This document shows positions 15,392 through 25,238 of a DNA stretch of 30,589 bases, piece after piece. The notes under the pieces are model-generated. The model saw only the letters and a list, made by a program, of their open reading frames with translations, did not search any database and was not told the DNA's origin. Within the stretch, counting starts at the first letter, position 1, and each line of letters opens with the position of its first letter. A program made the position numbers and the translations under genes. The stretch covers positions 1 to 30,589 of IMG/VR virus record IMGVR_UViG_3300008255_000343, one strand, 5' to 3'. The stretch comes from a virus. Taxonomy: Duplodnaviria; Caudoviricetes.

Positions 15392-15910
15392 ATGGCCGTT
15401 ACCGCCCTGTTCAACACCGATGTAGCCTCGATCAAGTCGCAACTGCGACTGAGCGGTACTGCGTCGAACAACGGGCAGGCCCTTATCGACAACGCGATCC
15501 AGCTGGCTCGCATCCGCCTGTACGATGCCCTTGGCGTGAGTCGAGTTAACGCCACCCTCGCGTTCGCCCTGACGGACAACCCCACGTCCGCCAACGATGT
15601 CATGCGGCTCAAGGCGGCGAAAGCCGAGCTACTGATCGTCAAGTCGATCCTGCTCCGCGACATGCCTGTGTTGTTCTACGACGAGGGCGCCAAAGACCTG
15701 CGAACGTGGAACGAAGAGGGTTTGACGCGGGACGCGGATAGGGATGATCTCGCTGACGAACTGACGCGACTCGAAAGCGAGATCGCGGACCTGATCGACG
15801 GTCTCCGCGGCGAGTCGCCAGAGGGTTCGATCCTGAACGTGAGTACTATCGGTCCCGACGAGGTTCCTGATCGGCCCGGGGCGTCCATCGCTACGCGAGT
15901 GCGGCTCTGA
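15392..15910 (+). CDS. Putative head-tail adaptor
   Basis: Size, helical character and synteny only. Confidence 0.5.
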   Translation: MAVTALFNTDVASIKSQLRLSGTASNNGQALIDNAIQLARIRLYDALGVSRVNATLAFALTDNPTSANDVMRLKAAKAELLIVKSILLRDMPVLFYDEGAKDLRTWNEEGLTRDADRDDLADELTRLESEIADLIDGLRGESPEGSILNVSTIGPDEVPDRPGASIATRVRL

Positions 15911-16338
15911 TGACGAAGCAACGAACCAGGATTCAGAACGAATTGATGTCGGTGGCGAAAGCCTTTGACTTTGTGACGGCGGCATACGATGATGCGGGAG
16001 CGGCCTCGGCGAGCGATACCGACACGGTGAACCCGGAGACGGCGTTCGCGAACGAGATCGCGAGCGTATACGAACAAGACCCCAAGTACATGATTGGGGT
16101 CAGGCGGAAAAAAACGAACTGGCGGTTTATCCTGATCTTGAAATTCAACGTGGAAGTCATCCTCGAAGACTTTGAAGATTACCTCAGAGAGAACCCGCCC
16201 CGTCTTGATAAGGACGGCGACCTGCCCCCTGTCAGACTGGACATCGAAAACGTAGAAGTAGACCACCCGGTAACGCAAACGCCGGGCAGAGGAACGGAAG
16301 CCAAAATCGAGTTTACCGCCTGGCAAGGGCGACAATAA
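15910..16338 (+). CDS. Putative tail completion/terminator protein
   Basis: Directly precedes the tail tube; TGATG coupling. Confidence 0.5.
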   Translation: MTKQRTRIQNELMSVAKAFDFVTAAYDDAGAASASDTDTVNPETAFANEIASVYEQDPKYMIGVRRKKTNWRFILILKFNVEVILEDFEDYLRENPPRLDKDGDLPPVRLDIENVEVDHPVTQTPGRGTEAKIEFTAWQGRQ

Positions 16339-16349
16339 GGAGACTCGCA

Positions 16350-17201
16350 ATGTCTGGACCCAGCACCACAGGAAAAACGAACCCGGAAGATTACAACCTC
16401 GGTCGCGGCAAGCTCTACTTCGCCGCTATCGACGCGACGACCGAGAAGCCCATCAGTTGGCGGTTCCTCGGCAACGCGCCCGCGTTCACCATCACCACCG
16501 ACATCGAGACGCTGGAGCACTTCTCTTCGCAGGAGGGTCTCAAGACGCTCGACAAGGAAGTGACCGTCTCTCGCAAGGTGACGATGAACTGGACGCTGGA
16601 CGAGTGGAACGACGAGAACCTCGCCGACCTGTTCTCGGGTGGCAAGTCTACCCCGACCAACGCCGCCGTCGCCGGCTTCTCCGAGTACCAGATGGTCGCT
16701 GACGGCGACATTACCGCCCTGCGGTATTACGACGTCGTGAACTCGTCCGGTGTACGTGCCTACGACCTCGACACGGGCGATCTGACCGTCAAGACCACCA
16801 ACGCCACGCCGGTCACGCTGGCCTTGGGCACGGACTACGAGGAAGACCTGGAGTTCGGTCGCATCTTCCTGCTGAACTCGTCGGCTGTCCAAACTGCCAT
16901 CACCAACGTCGAGGGTCTCGACATCACGCTGGCGGCAAAGGCCGGTGCTGTGGACATCAACGAGGTTCGCGTCCAGACGCAGACCGCGATCACCGGCGCC
17001 ATCAAGTTCATCAGCGAGAACGCGGTGGACGGCTTCAAGCGAGAGTTCCAGTTCCACAAGGTGACGGTCAAGGCCGACGGCGAACTGGCCCTCATCGGCG
17101 ACGATTGGGGCGAGATGCCCTTCACGGGTTCCGCCGAGTCCAGCGTCCTCGCCGACTCGACCAGCCCGACGTTCCGCATCCGCTCGCTCGCCTCGGCGTA
17201 A
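16350..17201 (+). CDS. Major tail tube protein
   Basis: AAGGAG RBS; YNLGRGKLYF, FLGNAP, GELALIGDDW; high-expression codon bias; terminator downstream; no sheath gene present. Confidence 0.85.
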   Translation: MSGPSTTGKTNPEDYNLGRGKLYFAAIDATTEKPISWRFLGNAPAFTITTDIETLEHFSSQEGLKTLDKEVTVSRKVTMNWTLDEWNDENLADLFSGGKSTPTNAAVAGFSEYQMVADGDITALRYYDVVNSSGVRAYDLDTGDLTVKTTNATPVTLALGTDYEEDLEFGRIFLLNSSAVQTAITNVEGLDITLAAKAGAVDINEVRVQTQTAITGAIKFISENAVDGFKREFQFHKVTVKADGELALIGDDWGEMPFTGSAESSVLADSTSPTFRIRSLASA

Positions 17202-17232
17202 TGAGAACGTCACATAACCCTGATCTGTAAAG

Positions 17233-17266
17233 GGCCTGCCCGTTAAGTGAGCGGGCAGGCCTTTTT
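17233..17266 (+). terminator. Rho-independent terminator after the tail tube gene
   Basis: GGCCTGCCCG...CGGGCAGGCC followed by TTTTT. Confidence 0.9.
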
Positions 17267-17298
17267 CGATAACCCTCATCCCTGACGGAGATGATCCA

Positions 17299-17925
17299 AT
17301 GTATGAAAGCAAAGTGATTCCGTTCCTGAGCATGTCCCCGATTGACCACAAGGTCGGCGACAAGATCATGCAATTCTGGCCCGTGAGCGTCGAGGCGGCG
17401 TTCAAGCTCAAGGACACCTTCAAGCCGCTCGCCAAGGCTGTCACAACCCTGTTCCAGAGCAACGGGTCCGACACAGGCAGCGTGCAGCGAAGCCTCCCCG
17501 ACGAGAACGGCGGCACGCTCACGGAGATCATCGTGGAGGCCCTGACCCCCGCGATGGCTGAAACACGTCTCAACCAGCGGATGGCCGCTATTGACGAACT
17601 GATCGAGGCGTTCACCAGCGAGAAGAACAGCGAGATGGTCGGGTCACTGATTCTGGACTCGATCTACCGCGGCATCGAGGAATGGCAGAACGACCGCAAG
17701 CTCTGCCCGCCCGCCAAGACCTTCGTGAAGGAACTGCCCCTGTCCCTGTATGGCCTGCTGCTCATGGGTGTAGCGATGGCGAACAAGGATACGTTCGGCC
17801 CTTTAGCTTCACTCGTGGGCGACTCGATGGCGAAGCTGAAGGAAACAGCCGAGCGGCGGGTCGCGAACGCGATGGGGTCACAAAACGAGGGGGAGGCGGC
17901 AAGCAACCCCGAGACAACGGCCTAG
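17299..17925 (+). CDS. Tail assembly chaperone (gpG-like)
   Basis: Lies between tail tube and tape measure; GGAG RBS. Confidence 0.7.
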   Translation: MYESKVIPFLSMSPIDHKVGDKIMQFWPVSVEAAFKLKDTFKPLAKAVTTLFQSNGSDTGSVQRSLPDENGGTLTEIIVEALTPAMAETRLNQRMAAIDELIEAFTSEKNSEMVGSLILDSIYRGIEEWQNDRKLCPPAKTFVKELPLSLYGLLLMGVAMANKDTFGPLASLVGDSMAKLKETAERRVANAMGSQNEGEAASNPETTA

Positions 17926-18215
17926 ACCCGTGGGTAGAGTTTCAAGACTCTATCGTGTGGGTCACGATGCAGGGCTTCCCGCTGGGGTACGTGATCTCGT
18001 TGCCGATCCCCGCGTTCTCGGCCTTGCACAAGTCCCTCGTGAGAGTCAGGGCGCAGGAGAAGATCGAGAAGGCGTACACGAGCTTCGTAGCTGCTCAAGC
18101 GAGTGGTAAGGATTTGAAAAAGTGGGTGAACCAGTGGAAGCCCGCTCTGGACCTCGATCGAGACACCACTGGCGGTATGAAGGCGTTCCTGGCAAAGTTC
18201 GGTGACGGTGTGTAG
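17889..18215 (+). CDS. -1 frame extension of the chaperone (gpGT-like)
   Basis: Open -1 frame overlapping the end of gpG, no good RBS of its own; G-GGG-GAG at 17889-17895. Confidence 0.6.
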   Translation, partial: GGGGKQPRDNGLDPWVEFQDSIVWVTMQGFPLGYVISLPIPAFSALHKSLVRVRAQEKIEKAYTSFVAAQASGKDLKKWVNQWKPALDLDRDTTGGMKAFLAKFGDGV

Positions 18216-18227
18216 GAGATCACGGCT

Positions 18228-21200
18228 ATGACCGAACGCGGAGGATTAGACTACACCATCAAGGTCCGTCAGGACTTCCGCAAGCCCCTTGAAGATTTCA
18301 AGAGGGGTGTTGCGGGTGTACGCCAAGAAATCGCCGCCTTGAAACGTCAAGCCGCGGCATTCAAATCCATTGGCAAAGACGTACAAGCAGGCGCCGCAGC
18401 CATCGCCGCAAGCCAGGCCCGTTCTGCGAAATCCTCAAAGGACGACGCCACCGAGACATCAAGAGCGGCTCGGGCTGCTAAAGAACTCCTGACTATTAGG
18501 AACCAACTTGCGTCTCAGGCGAGACGCCTGCGTACCATCCGATCGAATAAAGACCTCGCCGTTCTTCGTCAGGAACTTCAACTTGAGCGAGAGAAGGCGT
18601 CCCTCGCCGCCGCTTCGCAACGAGCCCAGCAGCGGGACACCGCCGCGGCTTCCCGTAGAACCGCTGTGTTTCGGGCACATGTGGCCGCGGCCAACAAGCT
18701 CGCCGTAGCGACGGACCAGCAAGCCAAGAAGATGCAGATCGTGGCGGACGCCGCGGCGAGGCTGACCCGCATCGAGCGGGAACGGGCCGCACTCAATAAC
18801 AGGACGTTGCGGCAGGCCGAGGCACAGGTAGCCGCCGAACGTGCTATCGCCAAGTTCAAGAGCGATCAGGTCAAGTTCGAGAAGCTGGCCGCGTTCGCTC
18901 GTTCGCGGGGACTCGCGGGGAACGCCGCGGCATTGAAGCAACTCGGGTTCAACCAGGCCCGCCTCGAACAGTTCGGGTTCGATCTAGGCAAACAGCTAGG
19001 CCCCGACCAGGCACCGTCGCCATCTGTCCCCGACAAGGGACTCGCCCAACGTGTTAAAGAGTTCCTCGGATTCGGTGATGTGCTCAGTCGCGTGAATAAT
19101 CAAGCCAACCGGGTCAGCTTCACCTTCCGACGACTGTTCGGCATCCTTGCTGCGTTCACCCTCGCACGTGTGCTGATACAACAGTTCGTTGATCTCGTAA
19201 AAACGATGGCGACCTTCAACTCGCGAATCGAGCAGGTCCGCATCGGGGTCGCCGCCCTTTTGATTGCTGTAGGCGCCGTGTCCGACGCAACAGGTACGGC
19301 GGCAGAGGGCGCCGAATCCCTCGCCATCGCACAGCAGGAGGCTCGACGCCAGACCGACCTATTGCGTCGGGACGCCATCAAAACAGTGGCCACGTTTGAT
19401 CAACTTGCCGAGACTTTCCAGACAGCCATCGCCCCCGGGTTACAGGCCGGGTTGGACATAGATCAAATCAGAGCCTTCACCGTATCTATCTCCCAAGCCG
19501 CCGCCGCTATCGGCGTGTCGCAGGATCAATTGGCGGAAGAGGTTCGTTCCATATTCGGGGGTACAATCTCAGCGAGACAGACACGCATCGCCACAGCCCT
19601 CGGTATCACCAACGACGATATCAAAAATGCCAAAGAACTAGGCAACCTGTTCGGGTTCCTCCAAGATCGCTTCCAGGCGTTCGGTTTGGCTGGAGAGGTC
19701 GTATTCGATACCTTTGAATCACTGGTTACAAACGTAAAGGACGCGTTCCTGTTGCTGCTGGGCGAGGGCGGGGTCGATTTCTTTGAGTCCATAAAGACCC
19801 AACTTCGCGACATCCGTTCGTTGCTGATCACAGAGGATGCCACAGGGTTGATCACGCCCAATCCCGCTGTGGTGGCGATCTTTAAGGAAATAGGCGACGC
19901 TCTTGTGTTCGCGGTGGCTCAAGGCCGCGCCCTCTCTGAGCAACTCACCTTAGAGGATGCGGTCAACGGGGCTCAGGCAATAGGCAATATCATAAAAGGC
20001 CTTGCCGCCACCCTTCGTCCAGTTGTGGCGGGTATCTCGAAAGCCGTCTCTGATCTCAGCTTTGTGTTTGATACTTTAAGTTTTGTATTCGACCAGTCCG
20101 ATGTATTCAGCGGCATTGTCACACAGCTAGTCCGTATCGTGGCCCTCAGCTTCTCGGTACTTACGATTTGGGGGCTGTTTCGAGGCGTCCTCAGCCCCAT
20201 TATCACACTACTCGGAAGAGTTCTGGTGTTGATGAAGGTCCAAGAAGCTACCATCACATCAATCCAAGCCAAGACATTCCTGTGGCTGGGTCGATTCTTC
20301 GCATTGGCCGCTGTCGCGGGGGTTCTGTTCAGCCTGTTCGCTGGCAACCCACTGAGTGGTGAATTGACCAACGCGGCTACCGCATCGGGACGCATCGCGG
20401 AAGACCTCGGCAAAATACCTGGTATTGTTCGTCAGTCCAACCAACAGCTTAGGGTTCAGGCTGAGGTCTTGAAACAGATCGCGGACGACCTAGAAGAATC
20501 TCAAGACTCCCTACGGCAAACCACAGCAACCCTCGGGCTGGAGGGCGCCGTTGGCGGTCAGCGAGAAGAGATAATCAAGAAATCCATAGCTCTCCGCAAG
20601 GACGCTCTGAAGATAGATCAACAGAGGGACGCTTTGCTGGAACGGCAGGCTCAAATACAGAGCCAGTTGCAGGCCAAACAAAGGGAAGTGGTTAACGAGT
20701 TTATCCTTCAGAAAAACGCTATTGAGGAATCTGTAAAACTCGGGCAGGAATTGATCCGTCAGCAGAGTAAACTCGCCGCCGTAAGACAGCAACTAAACCC
20801 GCTGGTGTCGCGTCGCGAATCACTGAGCGATACAGAACTCGATAGGTTGTCGACACTGCAACGGGAAGAAGCGACCCTCAACCGTAACATAGACCAGATC
20901 GCGGAGAGGATTCGCACACTGGCCGAAGATGCCACTCAAGATATAGGCACTAAACTCTCTGCCAATGTGACGGACGCGGTTATCGAAGGTTTGAAAGCCG
21001 TTGGTCTGGAAGAACCCGGGAAAAACGCCGGTCGGGAAATTGAACAAGCTACACGTGCATCCGCCCGTAAGAGCCTTGAGGACATCGTAGGTATTACTAA
21101 AGAGATCATAACCCTGGAAGGTCAGCAGGTCTCTACGGAGGATCAACTTGTATTCATAGCCCAGCAGAGGCTCGACCTCGAAAGCAAACTCGCAGAGGTA

Positions 21201-22607
21201 GCAGCTCTCCGAAATATAGCGAGGTCTCGCGAAGATATCTTCCAGAGCGACATCAACGAACGGCTGCTGGAGGCCGAGGCCCGTACCCGTGCCGTCACTA
21301 AACAAAACGAGTTTGGTAACGTGGCCTTGGCCGCGGCGGTTGCCCGCATTGACGAGTTCAAGACAAAGTTCGGTGACGTGGAGCAACTTTCGGCAAAGAC
21401 GCGAGACAACCTCAAAGAGTTCCAGCAAGGGGTATCCCCAGGCGAAACGGTCAACGAGGCCCTATCTACATTCGGTATAGAGGAACAACGGAGACTCCGC
21501 GAGGAACTAGACCTGTTGGACCAAATCGGGGACGCGGAAGCTGAGCGAGACAGGGCGCAAAACAGGCCCGAACAACTCGCCCTGATCGAATCTGTTTCGA
21601 CCCTCGAAAATCAGCTTACACAAACCCTCAAAGAGAATAACCAGGAACGGGACAAGGAACGATTCAACCTTGAGGAATTGCAGAGGACCGCAGAACGGGC
21701 ACTCCCGTCTGTCGCCAACTTAGGGAATGGCGTATTGGAGGGCATTCGTCGTGCCAACGAAGAACTGCCAACTATTTTCGAGCAGACCGCACAGATAACA
21801 CAGGATGCCATAGGCAGCATCGCTAGTTTTATTTCGTCCACAATCTCTGCCGCCTTTGACCCGTCCAACGACAAAAGCATTAGAGAACGCCTGTCCGACC
21901 TGCTGCGAGGCATTGGCGAATCCATCGTGCAGTCCGTCATACAAAATGTGATCGTTCAAATCCTGAGTGTAATACCCGGCTTTGCTGCTGCCGCCGTGCC
22001 CATGCAGATCGCAGCCAACACACTTATTGCCGCCACGCCGGGGCTCCAGACATTCGCAAGCACCCTGCTTGTCGCCGCCTCACTACTGGTTGGCGCCGGA
22101 GGGTTCGTTGGGGCTCACACGGGCGGCAACGTCGGCGACGCTTTCAAGAAAGCTCGCGGGTTCGCGGCGGGCGGTGCCCCCAACGGCATCCCCAACACCC
22201 CCGTTCCGTCGTCCGCCCGCCCCCGAGGTTTGCACCCGTCCGACACGGTTCCGATATGGGCCTCCCCGAACGAGTGGGTGATCCGCGCCAACGCTGTCGC
22301 CAAGTATGGTTCTACGGTCATGGACGCTATCAACCGCGGCCTGATTGACCCCTTCGAGCTACGCTCCCTCGCGGGGACACGCAGAGCCCCCATGCGACGA
22401 CGCCACCGCCTCGGCTTCGCCGAGGGTGGTTCGGTGTCTGGTGCATCTCCTGCGTCAAGCACGGGCGAGGGACGTGGCTCTGTGTCTGTTGCCTTCGTGG
22501 TCGGCGACGAAACGGCGATGGAGACCTTGCTAAAGGGTGGCGAAAACGCCATGCTCTCGTTCCTCGAAAGCCGGTCCAGTAAAATCAACGCGATCCTGAA
22601 GCGATAA
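18228..22607 (+). CDS. Tape measure protein
   Basis: 1459 aa, Ala/Gln-rich helical, hydrophobic central segments, C-terminal FAAGG...SDTVPIWASPNEWVI...FAEGG. Confidence 0.92.
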   Translation: MTERGGLDYTIKVRQDFRKPLEDFKRGVAGVRQEIAALKRQAAAFKSIGKDVQAGAAAIAASQARSAKSSKDDATETSRAARAAKELLTIRNQLASQARRLRTIRSNKDLAVLRQELQLEREKASLAAASQRAQQRDTAAASRRTAVFRAHVAAANKLAVATDQQAKKMQIVADAAARLTRIERERAALNNRTLRQAEAQVAAERAIAKFKSDQVKFEKLAAFARSRGLAGNAAALKQLGFNQARLEQFGFDLGKQLGPDQAPSPSVPDKGLAQRVKEFLGFGDVLSRVNNQANRVSFTFRRLFGILAAFTLARVLIQQFVDLVKTMATFNSRIEQVRIGVAALLIAVGAVSDATGTAAEGAESLAIAQQEARRQTDLLRRDAIKTVATFDQLAETFQTAIAPGLQAGLDIDQIRAFTVSISQAAAAIGVSQDQLAEEVRSIFGGTISARQTRIATALGITNDDIKNAKELGNLFGFLQDRFQAFGLAGEVVFDTFESLVTNVKDAFLLLLGEGGVDFFESIKTQLRDIRSLLITEDATGLITPNPAVVAIFKEIGDALVFAVAQGRALSEQLTLEDAVNGAQAIGNIIKGLAATLRPVVAGISKAVSDLSFVFDTLSFVFDQSDVFSGIVTQLVRIVALSFSVLTIWGLFRGVLSPIITLLGRVLVLMKVQEATITSIQAKTFLWLGRFFALAAVAGVLFSLFAGNPLSGELTNAATASGRIAEDLGKIPGIVRQSNQQLRVQAEVLKQIADDLEESQDSLRQTTATLGLEGAVGGQREEIIKKSIALRKDALKIDQQRDALLERQAQIQSQLQAKQREVVNEFILQKNAIEESVKLGQELIRQQSKLAAVRQQLNPLVSRRESLSDTELDRLSTLQREEATLNRNIDQIAERIRTLAEDATQDIGTKLSANVTDAVIEGLKAVGLEEPGKNAGREIEQATRASARKSLEDIVGITKEIITLEGQQVSTEDQLVFIAQQRLDLESKLAEVAALRNIARSREDIFQSDINERLLEAEARTRAVTKQNEFGNVALAAAVARIDEFKTKFGDVEQLSAKTRDNLKEFQQGVSPGETVNEALSTFGIEEQRRLREELDLLDQIGDAEAERDRAQNRPEQLALIESVSTLENQLTQTLKENNQERDKERFNLEELQRTAERALPSVANLGNGVLEGIRRANEELPTIFEQTAQITQDAIGSIASFISSTISAAFDPSNDKSIRERLSDLLRGIGESIVQSVIQNVIVQILSVIPGFAAAAVPMQIAANTLIAATPGLQTFASTLLVAASLLVGAGGFVGAHTGGNVGDAFKKARGFAAGGAPNGIPNTPVPSSARPRGLHPSDTVPIWASPNEWVIRANAVAKYGSTVMDAINRGLIDPFELRSLAGTRRAPMRRRHRLGFAEGGSVSGASPASSTGEGRGSVSVAFVVGDETAMETLLKGGENAMLSFLESRSSKINAILKR

Positions 22608-23927
22608 ATGCCCGACATCACCCCCACATCCCTCGTGGCCGTTACATCGGTTCCTACGGCGAACCAGGTGTGGGCGATGGCGTACCTGTTCAACTTGGAT
22701 TGGGGCCGCGGTGTTAAGGTCCGTCGCAGTTATCTCTCGGAGGTCCAGAACGCCCTCTCGATGGCTGAGCAGCGACGGTCCCTTCAGGGGCGTCCTCGCC
22801 ACGGTCTCGATCTCAGGTTCATCGCCTCGACTCAGGCCGAGATTCAAAACTACCTCATGTTCCTGCACCGCGCGGCGATGGCCAGTTGGCTTTGCCCCCT
22901 GTTCAGCGACTTCGGCACGCTCGACGCCGAACTTGCGTCTGCCGGCACGGTCATGTCCCTCGACACGACCCACCGCCGATTCCACACAGGGATGCGGGTC
23001 GCGGTACTCGACCCGGACGGGTCATCGTTCGACGTAGGGGTCATAGATTCCATCACAGACACCACCATCACACTCTCAGCGGGTTTCACACCCGCGTACC
23101 CCGCTGGCTCACTCGTGTTTCCGCTTCACGAGGTACGGGCGTTGCTCAAGAGCAAGCAGGATGTCGTCACAGACTTGCTCACGATCCTTACCGCGTCGAC
23201 CCTTGAAACGGCGGGGCAGCAGACGATGCCCGCCCTCGAAGATGCGAACACCGTGCCGACAGGCTTCACTAGCCACAGCGGGTATCCCATCATGCCTCCC
23301 GAGTGGGATGACTTCGGCAAGCCAATCAGCTATGAACTGATCCGTGCGGGGTCTTTGAGTGCGACGGGCATCTCTCAGACCGCGACACTCTACGGTGATC
23401 GCCCTTACTACAGCTTCGATGTCAACGTGCTCTGCGAAACGCGGGAACTGGCGTTCGACGTAATCCGGTTCTTCGATTCTCGCCGAGGTCGCACGTACCC
23501 GTTCTGGCACATCAGCCCGTTGACCGACGCCGCGTTCCTGAGCTTCGCGTCCACGTCACAGATGACGGTCACGGCGAATGGCCCGGTGGGGGATTGGGAA
23601 CTGTTCAGGCCCTACATCGCTGTTGTATACAACGACGGCACGTTAGTCATCCGCCAGACCGACAACGCCCTCGACAACATGGACGGCACCTATGAGATCG
23701 CTTTGACTTCGCCAATCCCTTCGACCTCGGGCATTTCTCGGGTTTCCCTTGCACGGCTTTGTCGATTCGATGATGATGAATTGGTAGAGGAATGGGATAC
23801 CAATACCCACATGAGCACCACGCTCAAGGTCGTGGAGATCATCAACGAAGTCACAGTGGCGGACACGAACTTCACCCCAGCGAGCACGACGGCGTTGACT
23901 AAGAAATACAGCGTGACGGACCTGTAA
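22608..23927 (+). CDS. Distal tail-like protein
   Basis: Follows the tape measure; two related halves (EQRRSL...FLHR...WLCP; FFDSRRGRTYPFW). Confidence 0.65.
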   Translation: MPDITPTSLVAVTSVPTANQVWAMAYLFNLDWGRGVKVRRSYLSEVQNALSMAEQRRSLQGRPRHGLDLRFIASTQAEIQNYLMFLHRAAMASWLCPLFSDFGTLDAELASAGTVMSLDTTHRRFHTGMRVAVLDPDGSSFDVGVIDSITDTTITLSAGFTPAYPAGSLVFPLHEVRALLKSKQDVVTDLLTILTASTLETAGQQTMPALEDANTVPTGFTSHSGYPIMPPEWDDFGKPISYELIRAGSLSATGISQTATLYGDRPYYSFDVNVLCETRELAFDVIRFFDSRRGRTYPFWHISPLTDAAFLSFASTSQMTVTANGPVGDWELFRPYIAVVYNDGTLVIRQTDNALDNMDGTYEIALTSPIPSTSGISRVSLARLCRFDDDELVEEWDTNTHMSTTLKVVEIINEVTVADTNFTPASTTALTKKYSVTDL

Positions 23928-23928
23928 A

Positions 23929-24753
23929 ATGGCAGACATAGATACAAAACCAGCTATTGACTACACGGTGCTCGTAGAGTTCTCGTGGGGGAACACACCA
24001 ACTGTAGCGAGGTACGCTCGATGGGAAGACGACATCGTGACGGGCGGCGACACGTTCACGTCACACCCCGAACTCGATGTCGAGATACCCGAGCAACAAG
24101 GTGGGTTTGATGAGGAAGCCGCAAAGATCACGACACGCACGACGATCAGCCCCCTTGACGAACTCGTAACAGGGCACCCCCATGCACCCGTTACGGTCAC
24201 GATCTACCAGTACAACGTCACAGACGACGCCGCGGTGATCCTGTTCAAAGGCAAGATATCCCGCGTGACGAAGAACCCCTCGGGGCGCCCGTCTCTTGTG
24301 CGGGTCGAGGCTATCAACGTAAAGAGCCAGGTCAAGGGCGTGAGCCTCGGCATCTCCGCGAACACAACCTGCTCATGGCGGTTCGGGGACGCTCAGTGTC
24401 AGTTCAACGTGGCGGGTGAGCAGGTCACGGCGACGGTGGACGCGGGTAGCGGGGGCACAATGACCCTGCAAACCAGTGGACACTCACCGGGCAGCCCTGA
24501 CTTCTCCGACGCCCGCTGGCGTCGAGGGTACGTCGAGCTCGACGGCAACCGAATTATGATCCGCGAAAGCACAGGGAGCGGTGATTTCAAGCTCGCTACC
24601 ACGATCCCCCCGTCTTGGGAGGGGGAGACCGTGACGCTGGTGCCTGGGTGCGACAAGAACATCTCCACGTGTCGTGACGTGTGGGATAACGAAGAACACT
24701 TCGGAGGCTTCGGGATAGCGATCCCCGCCAGAAATCCCCTGATCGAAGTATGA
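23929..24753 (+). CDS. DUF2163/BR0599-family tail hub protein
   Basis: CSWRFGDAQC and GCDKNISTC...NEEHFGGF four-Cys signature. Confidence 0.85.
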   Translation: MADIDTKPAIDYTVLVEFSWGNTPTVARYARWEDDIVTGGDTFTSHPELDVEIPEQQGGFDEEAAKITTRTTISPLDELVTGHPHAPVTVTIYQYNVTDDAAVILFKGKISRVTKNPSGRPSLVRVEAINVKSQVKGVSLGISANTTCSWRFGDAQCQFNVAGEQVTATVDAGSGGTMTLQTSGHSPGSPDFSDARWRRGYVELDGNRIMIRESTGSGDFKLATTIPPSWEGETVTLVPGCDKNISTCRDVWDNEEHFGGFGIAIPARNPLIEV

Positions 24754-25238
24754 CGAACGAGCAATACACATGGGAGCCTTGGGGCACGGGTTACGATGAA
24801 CGTGTTCGGGAAGCCGCTCACGCATGGATCGGCACGCCGTATCAAGCCGGGCAGCGATGCCGAGGGGCTGGCGTCGATTGCGTGCAACTGATCGCGGGGG
24901 TGATGGATTCCTTGGCCTCTAAGGTCGAGCCTACGTTCGTGCCGAGGCTCCCCCAACTCGCGTCGATCCACAGCACCAGAACAGCGTACCGCTCAATCAC
25001 AGCGTTGCTGCGAGCCTACAAGCCCCGCGTCGTGCGTGATTTCACCCTGCGCCCCGGTGATGTGCTGGTTGCCCGTGCCGTCAGAAATCCGGGGTCGTTG
25101 AAAAGGCCGGGTCATGCTATGATAGTGGGGGCAGACCCGTACAGCGTGATTCACGCCGTCAAGCCCCGTGTAGCGAAATCAAGCGTTCACGGCGTCGAGG
25201 AAATTATCAGGGTCTACAGACCGGGATGGGCTTTGTGA
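24750..25238 (+). CDS. NlpC/P60 tail-associated peptidase
   Basis: WIGTPY...GVDCVQLI...PGDVL...GHAMI...IHA. Confidence 0.88.
   Translation: MTNEQYTWEPWGTGYDERVREAAHAWIGTPYQAGQRCRGAGVDCVQLIAGVMDSLASKVEPTFVPRLPQLASIHSTRTAYRSITALLRAYKPRVVRDFTLRPGDVLVARAVRNPGSLKRPGHAMIVGADPYSVIHAVKPRVAKSSVHGVEEIIRVYRPGWAL

Noticed and set aside
11859-17615. Long - strand ORFs (11859-13118, 13608-14738, 16179-17615)
   Set aside because: Antisense shadows of highly expressed structural genes.
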